Origin: Spirogloea muscicola
Lineage: Eukaryota
DNA length: 52,597 bases
Direction of reading: 5' to 3'
Assembly (NCBI GenBank): GCA_009602725.1
Contig: WELB01000027.1
Coordinates: 59,683 to 112,279 of the forward strand
The notes beneath the pieces are model-generated. The model was not told the origin of the DNA and did no database searches. It saw only the letters and a program-made list of their open reading frames with translations. Every line of letters begins with the position of its first letter. Within the stretch, counting starts at the first letter, position 1. Both the position numbers and the translations under genes were made by a program. Shown one piece after another: positions 1-13,978 of the stretch.

Positions 1-2755
<2,755 letters not shown>

Positions 2756-2949
2756 GACTTGCTTGTCTGCTGTGCCTCTCATTTACAGCTGCTATGCGGA
2801 CAATCGCCACATGCGATGTGAACTTAATATTTGATCCTTATATGGGTCATCGAGGTCGTATTCAAGTGTTGCATGTGCACATTAAAGAAGTTACAGCTTA
2901 CTGATCATCGTGACGCTTCAGGCCGCTTGCGTTAGGTCTATGCCGAGAC

Positions 2950-3480
2950 TCAGTAACCCCTTATCAGCAGCGGAAGGTCGTATAGACCATAGACCTTGTT
3001 GGAATGCCGAGCAACATGGGGTAAATGGTGACCGTAGCTGTTACCAAGGAGATTGTCAGCATCTTCTCCCCCGACCCTGCGATGACTCATCCTGATACTG
3101 GCCATCCACAGCCACTGCCCTACTCCAACACAGACTATACGAAGGTGAGCCAAAGGGGGCGATGTCTGTGAAGGGCCAGCCCAGAATGATTGGACAAAAA
3201 TCTGGCCGCAGCTAAGGCCTGGACAGCCTGCAATTCACAAGAACGCCTGCACAGAGTCCTGGCTCAGCCATTGCCGTGCTTTGCAAGAGCTATGTGACCT
3301 GGCTCGGCATGGCCTCCCTTGGTTGCTACTTAGACTTGACTTGCGGCCTCAGGCTTGCAGCTCAGTAAAGGGTTACTGAGCGGCCATCCTTAGTGATCTC
3401 CGTGTTTTCTTGCATGTCTCTCCTGGCCGTGTCATATTTTTGTGGGCTGGCCCTTTCTCCCTCTAGAAGAAGAGCTACTT
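2950..3480. mobile_element. decayed 3' fragments of the RLE non-LTR retrotransposon family, both orientations
   Basis: Minus-strand ORF end DLPLLIRGY* at 2950; reverse-complement hairpin tail near 3165-3190; plus-strand GGTTACTGAG...GGGCTGGCC tail at 3371-3475. Confidence 0.6.
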
Positions 3481-3554
3481 ATTCCTTCAACTTGGAAGGG
3501 CTGCTTCTTCCTCCCTTTCATATTATATCATATCATATCATATGATACCAGATC

Positions 3555-4060
3555 GGCGGCGGAGGCATGGTACGCGCTTGGCAAGGCTGCGGGCGGTGAT
3601 GAGCGCAAGTACGCGGACCACCCTGCCGGTGATGAGTTTGTGTCACTGGCGATGGACGTATACGGGTTGTCTCGCAGCCCATGGCTGCATCTCCCGCAAC
3701 GGCTTGCAAGGCGGGCCATCAAATGTGGCGACGGACTGCATGATGAGCTTCAATGCCGCTGGGTCGTCTGCCCAGGTGTTCTGCATGCTCTCCGTCTCTC
3801 CGTCTCTCTTCAGCATTCCCAGGCTCATGCAGTGCACCAGCGGGATGGCTGCGCTTTGGTTGCTACTTCTGGGTTTCGTCACAGTAAATCTTCCCAGCTG
3901 CAAGTTTATCCAACATGAGGCTGCTGACTAGGGGCCACTGAGCTCCTCCTATCCGCTCTGTCGCCACTTACATTGCTGTCTGGTCTTAGCGCCTTCCGGC
4001 CCATCAGACCATCTTCTTTCACCTGTCCGGGCTGGCTTTCCACAGCCCCCTCCAGAAGAA
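3555..4060 (+). mobile_element. frameshifted 5'-truncated RLE non-LTR retrotransposon copy
   Basis: ERKYADHPAGDEFVSLAMDVYG, FNAAGSSAQVF, RLSVSLQHSQAHAVH in shifting frames. Ends AGGCTGCTGACTAGGGGCCACTGAG, then a 3' UTR with GGGCTGGCTTTCCACAGCCC. Confidence 0.8.
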
Positions 4061-4196
4061 GTGGCACTCCCAAAGGGGCAAGGGCTGCGAAAAGAAAGGG
4101 CTCGCCCATGAAGAAGAGGGGCTGGCAAAGCCAGCCCAAAAAGAATTGACAAAGGTTCGGAAGGGCCTACAAGCGTGTAGCAGCTACAAAGGAAGA

Positions 4197-5100
4197 AGAA
4201 AGAGCTCGCCCATTGAGGATAGGGGCTGGAACAGCCAGCCCAAAAAAGAATGAGCAGAGTACAAGAAGCCCAAGAAGAAGGGGGCCAGGCGAAGCACTAA
4301 GGCGAAGCACTAAGAAAGAAGCACACAAGAAGAAACAAAGCAGCTACTAACTTCTCAGTAACCCCTGCTTAAGCAGTCGCAGGTCAGAGAGGCTATGTTC
4401 CTGGAAGGACGTCCCCTGGCCAGAGCCAGAGGCAGCAGCGAGGGCTCGGCCGGCACGCAGGTGCAGCGCACGGGCCATTGACCTCTGCAGCGAGACGGCC
4501 AGGCGCATGCGATACACCTGGGCGAGCGACCCGGCTGCAGGAAAGTCCACCGGCTCCCCATGGAAGCGGCGAGCGACGGCGTGACGGGCAAGCTGGTGGA
4601 GCAGTTCGAGCCACCGAGCACCCAACGCCCCGTGTGTGTCGATAGCCAGCGGGAAGAATTCGTCGGCCGGCGGATGGTCAGCGTACTTCAGTTCTTTTGC
4701 CCGAGCGGCGCAGGCGACCGAGTACGCAGCCTTGGTGGCACACTGGGCTTGGTGGGAGCGGTCGAATGCGTCGGTAGTCACCACGTCCAGGAGGAGACGT
4801 GGCCCACCAGCTTGAGGGGTGGCCACCAGGTCGACACGACGGGCGTGGAGACCGTCGGCCCTGTCCTGGAGCGGCATGACGCCGGAGTGCTCCGCAGCCA
4901 CGGAGAAGCCCGCCTCCACCAGGATGCCATGCATGGCGTCCCGGAGGCGGTCATGGGCCGCTGTCCGCTCGCCGCCATGCGAGCAGCGCAGAACGTGCGC
5001 AGCCAGCTCCCCCTGCTCGGCCCCGCGCTCACCGCACTCACATTGACGGACGCCCTGGAGGCATGGCGGCAGCAGGCCGAGGAGCCTGTGGACGGCGCTC
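4197..5100 (-). mobile_element. best-preserved copy of a CRE-like non-LTR retrotransposon 3' end: zinc knuckle, restriction-like endonuclease and 3' UTR
   Basis: ORF 4347-5141(-): CECG...HVLRC knuckle, AHDRLRD, RRVDLV, LLLDVV, KELKY, FFPLAIDTHGALG, YRMRLAVSLQRSMA, the motif order known for R2/CRE-type RLE domains. A 1-bp insertion near 4370 shifts the usual LLSRGY* end. A ~155-bp 3' UTR with hairpin follows. No RT domain is present. Confidence 0.88.
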
Positions 5101-5345
5101 CGGAGGGCCTGAAGATGGGGGACAGGGGGAGGATGGATCACTCAGTAGTCACGAGTGAGGAGCCTCAGATCCAGAAAGAAAGTCCTTTCCAGTGCATGGC
5201 GATGGCTGTGATTGGCAAGCCCAGATCGGGCAGCCCTTCCGATGCGCTCTCTTTGGGAGAGCCACTGTCATTCTTCGGACTTCGTCAATTCTTTTCGGGC
5301 TGGCTTGTCACAGCCATTGGGAGAGCCACCTTCAGTCTTCCATCT
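5100..5345. mobile_element. mosaic of short 3'-end fragments of the same retroelement family
   Basis: GGGGGAGGATGGATCACTCAGTA (5127-5150) matches 38369-38391; hairpin tails at 5198-5225(-) and 5285-5335(+). Confidence 0.75.
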
Positions 5346-5602
5346 CCAGGTCATGCACACCGAGGGGCTTCATCATCTCTCCCGAGGATGACTCGAGGAA
5401 TTCCCGAGGAATTGGCGTCAAGCCGCAGGAAATCCCTTCTTCCACTTGGCCGCAGCCCGCGCCTTTCCGCCACTTGGCGCCCTCGACCAGTGCTGCCGCC
5501 TGCCGCCAGCGAGGCCGCCGCGCGACGCGCCGCGGTCCCCGGCGGCGGCGGCGGCGGCGGCGGCGGCTCCGCCTGCGCGCGAAGGACGCGGTCGTTGCCG
5601 AG

Positions 5603-8600
5603 ATGGCCCGCCGGGCGCTGCTGGCCGGCTGCAACTACCCAGGCACGCAGGTNGCGGCGGCGATTGTGGCGGCGGCGGCGGCGGCGGCGAGTGCGGCGGC
5701 GGTTGCGGCGGCGAGTGCGGCGTCGTCGCCGGGCTGCGGCAGCGGTGGCTGTGGTCGTCTTCTTCGTCGTCGTCGTCGGAAGAGTCGCCGCGGCTTCGCG
5801 CCCGGCTGCGGAAACGGCCCAGCGGTTGGCGAGGCCCCCCCCTCACCGGCTGCTGGCCGCCATCGCATGGCTCGCAGGTGGAGCTCAAGGGGTGCGTCAA
5901 CGACGTGATGGCCATGCGGACGCTGCTGCTGCGGCGCTTCGGCTTCTCGCCCGACGACGTCGTCGTCATGGTCGACACCGACCGGGTAGGTCCGCCACCA
6001 TTGCCGCCGCTCCGCTCCTCCGGCTGTGCTGGTTCTGACTATGCTGCGCATAAGTGCGAGCCGCTTGGACCCGGCTGAAGGCTAATGACTATTAAGAACA
6101 AACATAGTTCCATGCTAAGGCTAAGCATACCATTGGTCACAAAATATGAATTCATGTGTGAGCTAGTGCGCTTTCTTCCAACGATGGCTGCATAGTCCAG
6201 GCTGATGCTTGTCGGGGTGACTTGATTGCCATGAATGACGACACTTAGAGCTCATTGCATGTTACGCTGACGACGATGGTCGCGCCCATTTGCCTCCCAC
6301 TTCGATTTTCCAGAACTACCCGCAGCCGACGGGCGCCAACATCCGCAGCGCACTGGCGAAGATCGCGCGTGGTACGGCGCTGGGCGACGTCGTGCTCTTC
6401 CACTTCTCCGGCCACGGCACGGAGATCCCTCAGGAGTCGGGGATGCCCGACGATGACGGGCGGGAGCAGTGCATCGTCCCCACTGACATGAACCTGCTCA
6501 CTGGTCGGTTGCCGCTGCCAGCTATACTGGCATTCCTCCGGCCTTGATCGGCAGTTGCTGCAACTTGATTACTTGAGGGACTTTGGGTGAAAGCTGCTTC
6601 AGTGCTTTGCCTGTGGTAATGACTTGAACTTAAAATCGATATGACTACATGACGTGGGCGGGCGCAGACGATGACTTCCGCGACATCGTGAACAGCGTTC
6701 CTGACGGCGTTAAGTTCATCGTCATCGCGGACTCTTGCCACAGTGGCGGTCTGATTGACCACGAGAAGGAGCAGCTCGGCGGAGCCGGGGCGGCAGCCGC
6801 CTCTGGGGCTGGCGGTGGTGGCCTGCAGGGGCTGATTGGCATGTTCAGCAGCGTTCTCGGCAAGAAGGACTTAGACAATGATGGCAACGGCGGCAGCCGG
6901 GACCTTCCAGAGGGCCTCGTCACGCGAGATCTTCCAGAGGTTGGCTACGTTGGTTCGCGGGGTTTTCCGGAGGGCGGCGACTTCGGCGGTGTCCAGGAGC
7001 GTGGCGAGCATCACCGGCACCACCACCACCACCGGGAGGATGGCTATGAAGGCGAAGGTGGGCCGCCGAGGGTTGAGTACGCTGGCGGCGGTTATGGAGC
7101 TGGTCGCGAGGAAGGTTATGGGAGGGAGGGTAACTTCGATGGTGGCGGCATTTGCTACGAGGCCAGTGGTGGTCTGCCGCCATACGGCACAGGTGGAGGA
7201 CGCTTTGAGGTTATGGGCGGGGACGCGTACGGCCGACCGCCGCCACCGAGACCTGGAGGCGAGTACGGCGATGGTGGCGGCGGCTACGGCCAAGGACCAG
7301 CCTTCTCCGGTCCTCCCCCTGGCCCTTATGGCGGCCAGGAGTACGACCGTCCACCGCCCCTCCCGCAGCCGTATGGAGGACGTAGCGACGAGTATGGTGG
7401 CATGCCCCCTCAAGACCAAGGTGGGCCGCCGTTGGACTATGGTGGTGGCGAGCGACGGCGACATCATCATCATAATGAGTACACAGCTAGTGAGGGCGGC
7501 GGCGTTGGCGCCGTCGGCGTCTTCCAGCCAGGACCAGGGCCATACGTTGGTGGCGACTTTTTGGCTGGAGGGCCCCAGCGACCGCCGCCTTATGGAGCAG
7601 GACCTTATCAGGGGCCTGGTGCTGAGTACGGCGGCGGCTACGGCGGCGGCGGATATGGTGGCGGCTCCGGCAGCGGCTACAGTGGCGATGGCACCCAGCC
7701 TGCATATCCCCCGGGGCGTCCTGGGCAGTACGGACCGGGTGATCTGCAGGGGCAGGCGCCCAGCGGGTACGGCGGCTACAGCGGCAACAGTGGCGGTGGC
7801 GCCCCGCAGCATGCGAACAAAGCCATTCCGCTGGACATGCTGATGCAGATTCTGAGCCAGCGCAGCGGACAGGAAGTGGGGGTCGGCAACATCCGCACGA
7901 GCCTCTTCCACATGTTTGGTGACGATGCCAGGTGAGCCAGTGCTGTTGCATGGTCGCGTCGCTTGTGACCTGTGAAGGACGGCCCTTTCACCAGCACTTC
8001 AGCAGCTCCTTAGAATGTGTTCAAATGACCCGCATCACACAGCCACTTTCAACTGGCGACTGCTGCTTGGACATGGTCAACATGGTCAACAGCAGATCCA
8101 ACTTACTGAAATTGTGAAAAGTTCACTGCTGTTGTGTTGGCAGTCCCATGGTGAAAACCTTCGTCAAGGTCCTTGCACAGTATGCTGGGAGCCAGTTCAG
8201 CGGCGGTAGCAGCGGCTTCGGAGCAGGAGGTGGCGGCAGCAGTGGGGGGCTGTTTGGGATGGTACAGGGTGCAGCGCTCAGCTACCTGAAGCAGCAGCTT
8301 GCCAACTCTGCGACTGGCTCCGGAGGTGTCACTGGTGGCGGGGCCGGCTATGGTGGCGGCGGCGGGCAGGGCGGCCCGTCATTCAATTTCGGCGGCAATG
8401 TACAGCCCCACATGGCGTATGCAGGCTGGAGGCCACCGGGGGCCACGGTTCGCGGCGATATGGGCATCCTCATCAGTGGCTGCCAGCATAATGAAACCTC
8501 CGCTGATGCTGGTGCTGTAGCCTTCCTCCTGTTCTGTTGCTAGTGCCCATTAAGTTCTTTGCAAGCTTATTCAGCCAGATGCATGCTAAGATCCAGATGG

Positions 8601-9027
8601 GAACTTGCTTCTCCTCACCGATACCCTGTGAAATAGTATATAGAATGCAGGAGTTAAAGTGCATAAATTGATACATAACTGCTTCTTTTGGCACTTGTTA
8701 TACTGGTAAAGCTTTGCCGATTTGCCAATGAATTTAGACTTACAGCAAGTTTTTCTCCGCTGAGATACTACCGGTCATCTAGGATGTTGTATGTGATGCC
8801 CGGTGTGGCTGTCCTGTGCAGATCCAGCAGGGAATCCTCAGCAGGCATACGGCGCGCTGAGCCATTCCATCCAGACGATTCTGTCACAGCAGGGGCAGGT
8901 GACATTCCGACAGCTGGTGATGGGAGCTCGGCAGATGCTCCGCCAGCAGGGCTTCACCCAGAATCCAGGCCTCTTCTGCAGTGACAGCAATGCCGACGAT
9001 GTCTTCTTGCAAGCGCCAGCCTACTGA
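5603..9027 (+). CDS. type II metacaspase with a very long Gly/Pro/Tyr-rich linker, 6 exons
   Basis: Exons 5603-5650, 5878-5985, 6314-6503, 6668-7931, 8144-8511, 8822-9027. MARRALLAGCNYPGT.ELKGCVNDV start with no prodomain; catalytic HFSGHG and DSCHSG; p10 region GILISGCQHNETSADA...AYGALS...QNPGLFCSD. Confidence 0.93.
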
Positions 9028-10253
9028 TGAGATCTGGCGAGTCGTTGTAACTCCAGTGGAAAGAGACGCCGAAGACTTATGTTTTGGTTATCATAAGATT
9101 GAGATTGGAGGGAACTGATAGAGGTGTCCCAGGACAGAAGTTCTTAGGGTCAAAGAACCAGTGCAATTGTCTCCTCGCAGATGCTGTTTCATGCACTGGT
9201 TGGGAATCGCGGTGGGTCACATTGCAAGTGTCATCCACCACCAGTTTTGACTGGCTACGTAATGGCGGACATGTTGTGTCTGACAGCATGTCCCATTTAT
9301 AATCATCTGATGGACATCATGTGTCAAAAGGCTGCAAATTAAACGAATCGACTATCTCATCATGTATGCAATACAAGCTACAAGTATCTCACACTGCTAA
9401 CACCTGTCACCCTAGACACCATCTCGTGTACATCTATCAGAGTGAGAGACATGTGGCCTCTGCCACAAATCTTTGATGCAATGAGCTGCATCTCCCGTGT
9501 AACGATTCTAGTAGGCGAGGCAGAGGGCGCAAAGCCGATACTGCTTGCTGACACCAGCCGTCCAATCAGCTGGATCTCGAGTGCTAGTGAAGGCAACCTG
9601 GTTTTGCATCTGCTACCTTGACCACGTGTTGTCGGCAGGCGCCAGCAGGCAGCAGGTTCAGGCGTCAGAAGAGCATCGTCTCCATTGCCACAGGTGTCCC
9701 CAGTGGCATGAGCAATGGGTTGGTAGTCCTTCGTCAGCCCTTGCTAGCTTCTTTGGGGCTAGACCCTTTGAGCCATCGCCATCTCTGGAAGAACCTTACA
9801 AGTTGCTTGCACGTCAGAAATGAACCCCTTGCCCAGTGAACATGGGCATAATTCATCATGATCGCCGACATACTCGTTCTTCTGACACTTTTACATGGGC
9901 ATCATCATGACCGGCTCGGCGGATCTGGTGATGTAACTTCTCCCTTCAAAGCGCACCTCCTTACTAAAGACTAGCTTGCTAATCTTAGACTGGGAGACCC
10001 GCTTTGTCTGTTTAGCTTGGATGTGCCTATGGGTTTACTAAAGGGCACAGAGAGCTGATGCATACGTTACTTGCTGTGTAGCTTCACTACGTTGATGGCA
10101 GATTGTGTCATGCAAACATTCATGCAGCCCGATTATGGAAGGGGGAGGGCCAAGACATGCACCATGCTGAGCTATTAGGTACCGCAAGTAACCAGTCTTA
10201 AGCCTCGCAGGGTCGAGTTTATGTTGCAGCTAGCAGGAAAGTGGGGGCTCTGC

Positions 10254-13103
10254 TCTATTCAGCTGATGAAGGGATTGCCTGCACTTGGCTTACTCATCCA
10301 CGGACTGCTCTTGCTGCAAAAAGATCTGTAGTGGCCCTCCATACTCTTGCTTGAGCAACATGCTGTGTGCTAAAGAGCTTTCTCCATGGCTGGCAATGTC
10401 AAGCTGGCCTAGAGCAAAAGCAAAGTAGTGGAAGCAGCTGGTTAGGTGAGAAAATCTGAGTTACAATCTTGAAATGCTGGACTAAGAATTGAGCACTAGC
10501 TCGCAGAAATCGTTGACCGCTTTACTCTGCTTGATTTAGAAAGTCTGGAACAACCTGGCTTGCCTACTCGTAAGGAATCTGTCACGGCAAAAAGACACGC
10601 ACAAGAAGTCAGAAACCTGGTGTGTGGGTTCTTTGAAGAGCAATCTCTAAAATGGTGACGACTCTGCTTCCACAAAGCACTGGCAGCTTGCATTGTGATA
10701 CTGGAAGGTTCAGTGCAACACATATGGAACGTGCCAATCACCTGCATATATGAAGCGTCCGACAAGAAGGGGACATCTGCGTATTTAGCACAAAGCAGAC
10801 CACACTGAGAAAAACGATGTGCAGTGCAAGCAGGCAGGCAGCAAGCAGCAAGCTTTAGGTAACTAGACAACCCAAAGGCAAACAGTAAACTTGCTCATGC
10901 AGAATTTGCTTCGCTTTTATCCGCTTACTTCCTCCTTCATAGGTTGTGCTTGATGTGAAGGGGCTGCCAGTGTTCTGCTATCAGCAGCTTTGTGTTGACA
11001 ACCTTTACAACTGCAGGGTCACTAGAGGCAGCTCACCTGCATACATGCCGCGGAGGGCGCAGATCATGCACTCAAGGACGACGAAGATGAAGGCGAAGCT
11101 AACAGCCAGCCACCAGTGGGCGCCCAGCAGGCCCCAGTAGACAGCCCGCGGCACCCAGTCATTCACTGTGCCGGTTACCTGCCGCACAACCATGAAACAA
11201 CCCTCTATTTAGTCTTGTGCGGATTAAAGGGTCCACTGAATCTGGACGCTAGAGTCTAGCATTGGCGCTATTGGCGCTTGAAGCCCCAATAAGAATATGT
11301 GGCTTTTCAAACAATGTCAGAAAGAGACACTCAAACAACATTGAAAGTTTAGCCGATGCCTTGGTTGTGCACCTAATCAGCTGAAGCATCATCGCACATG
11401 CCTCCACAACTGACACACAGGGGTCGTCGGGAAGAGGACCAGACCTGGACAATGATCTCAAGGAGCATGGCTGTGACGACATGGAAGCGCAAGAAGTGCG
11501 GCCACCGGTTGTTCCGCACTACGCCCTGACCTCAAAAGTGAGATAAATCACATAGTCAATCCTTGACTATCGTAGGCCAGGTCAAGCACAACTTTTTTGA
11601 TGGGCGGAGCTTGCTTTCACAAATAACGCAAAGGGCTAGATTCTCATGACCAGAGCTCCTTCACAAGGCACAACACAAGTCTCTCGATGGACAAGTGCTT
11701 GAGGTGGCTTGCCATGAGAAGCTGTCAAGTGGTGCTGCTGGCAAGATGCACGCACCAGGTAGGCGCCGAAGAAGTAGGCGAGCAGGAACCACTGGGGGAG
11801 GGATCCCAGCAGCTGCAGGAAGGGGTACGTCAGGAACTCGTAGTTCTCAAGGAGCGGGTGTAGGCTGTCACAGCAAAATAGAACGTCGGCAAATCGGCTG
11901 AGGCCTGACTCTTCACGACTTAGGCATCATGAGGCACAGTGCTGAGCATTTGTAATACAGCAGCTCGAGCCATATGTACTCATGCAGCGTGATATTTAAC
12001 TTGGCTGACTGCGTGGCTGAGAAGCTGCCACAGCATCAATCACACTGCACCGCCGCTGTGCTAGCATCGCACTAGGCCGACACATGTTGTACGCAAGCTC
12101 TGACAACGAGCTCATCAATCCCTGCATTTGGCATGGAGGCCAGTTGGAGCTGAGCGGACCTGTAGGCGGTCTCGGAGTACATCCACGCCTCACTCAGCGG
12201 CAGGAGGTATGGGATGAGGGCGATGATGCGCCAGTAGAACTTGGGCTTTGTCTGCATCGGCGGGAAGCCCTGCACACCAGCCAGCCCGGCAAGCAAGAGC
12301 TTGGCCCTTCAGGACGACATTAACGCGCAGGAAAGCTGAGGACTCGCTTAACCGTGGAGCTAGCGGAGGCAAGCTGGGTGCCACTTCCAAAACATGGCCT
12401 GCAGTAAACTCTACATCAGGTGAGCGAGTGAGGAGACCCAGAGGTCGCTGCTGTACTAAGGCATGGCAGGCGCCGGCTGTGCGTAACCAAGCCTGTGGGA
12501 GAGCCGGCCTGGGGCTGCCAGCTGAACGACAGGAGCGGTGCGCTCGTCTGAATGCAATGTAGTAGCACTCCACAGATAACACTCTATAGAAACGTACTCT
12601 AATAGAAGTACTCTAATTCATCAGCCATCTTCGATACACAGTAATATACACAGCACTTGTACAGTCCAATTATACACAGTACTCAGACCACTCCATCTGA
12701 GGCCTGCTCAATAGAGGTCCAGTAATCTGTACTTGGCCACTTAGGCCCTCCATCACTCAATACGCACTCCAAATTCTTGCCCAGTGTGTCGAGGCGGGCC
12801 GCGAAGCTGCAGCCCAGAAGCTACTGGCGGAGCCCGGAGCTCGGCCGGGCCAGCACCGGAGGCTGGCGCGGTTGTGACGAACGTGCGTGAGACTTAAAAG
12901 TAGCTTCATCCGAGATTCGTGAAGAGTCCACTGGGGCAGGGTTTAGGATTTAAGGAGCACGCTGGAGGTCGTCAGGGTTTGGCGGTTGGCTCTGTGCTCG
13001 GCTGCCGTGGCGGCGGAGGCGCTTCACCTGGAAGGCCGGGACGTCGTCCGCGCCCTTCTCGGACGCCCGCGCCGCGCCGGCGGCGCGGCGGCGCCGCCGC
13101 GGC
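10254..13103 (-). CDS. TIC20: chloroplast inner-envelope translocon subunit Tic20 (TIC20-I-like); both ends uncertain
   Basis: Exons read FPPMQTKPKFYWRIIALIPYLLPLSEAWMYSETAY (ends ~12161), LHPLLENYEFLTYPFLQLLGSLPQWFLLAYFFGAYL (~11756-11866), GVVRNNRWPHFLRFHVVTAMLLEIIVQ (~11445-11526), VTGTVNDWVPRAVYWG...CALRGMYA (~11037-11178), DVPFLSDASYMQ (~10742-10776). A last exon AIPSSAE* near 10254-10278 and a transit-peptide exon running into the gap are tentative. Confidence 0.88.
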
Positions 13104-13978
13104 NNNNNNNNNNNNNNNNNNNNNNNNNNNNNNNNNNNNNNNNNNNNNNNNNNNNNNNNNNNNNNNNNNNNNNNNNNNNNNNNNNNNNNNNNNNNNNNNN
13201 NNNNNNNNNNNNNNNNNNNNNNNNNNNNNNNNNNNNNNNNNNNNNNNNNNNNNNNNNNNNNNNNNNNNNNNNNNNNNNNNNNNNNNNNNNNNNNNNNNNN
13301 NNNNNNNNNNNNNNNNNNNNNNNNNNNNNNNNNNNNNNNNNNNNNNNNNNNNNNNNNNNNNNNNNNNNNNNNNNNNNNNNNNNNNNNNNNNNNNNNNNNN
13401 NNNNNNNNNNNNNNNNNNNNNNNNNNNNNNNNNNNNNNNNNNNNNNNNNNNNNNNNNNNNNNNNNNNNNNNNNNNNNNNNNNNNNNNNNNNNNNNNNNNN
13501 NNNNNNNNNNNNNNNNNNNNNNNNNNNNNNNNNNNNNNNNNNNNNNNNNNNNNNNNNNNNNNNNNNNNNNNNNNNNNNNNNNNNNNNNNNNNNNNNNNNN
13601 NNNNNNNNNNNNNNNNNNNNNNNNNNNNNNNNNNNNNNNNNNNNNNNNNNNNNNNNNNNNNNNNNNNNNNNNNNNNNNNNNNNNNNNNNNNNNNNNNNNN
13701 NNNNNNNNNNNNNNNNNNNNNNNNNNNNNNNNNNNNNNNNNNNNNNNNNNNNNNNNNNNNNNNNNNNNNNNNNNNNNNNNNNNNNNNNNNNNNNNNNNNN
13801 NNNNNNNNNNNNNNNNNNNNNNNNNNNNNNNNNNNNNNNNNNNNNNNNNNNNNNNNNNNNNNNNNNNNNNNNNNNNNNNNNNNNNNNNNNNNNNNNNNNN
13901 NNNNNNNNNNNNNNNNNNNNNNNNNNNNNNNNNNNNNNNNNNNNNNNNNNNNNNNNNNNNNNNNNNNNNNNNNNNNNN

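Noticed and set aside
4060..4345. Recurrent GGGCTGG...CCAGCCC palindromes as a CRISPR-like array
   Set aside because: Irregular spacing, mixed orientation, non-unique spacers, no cas genes; all are explained as retroelement 3' ends.
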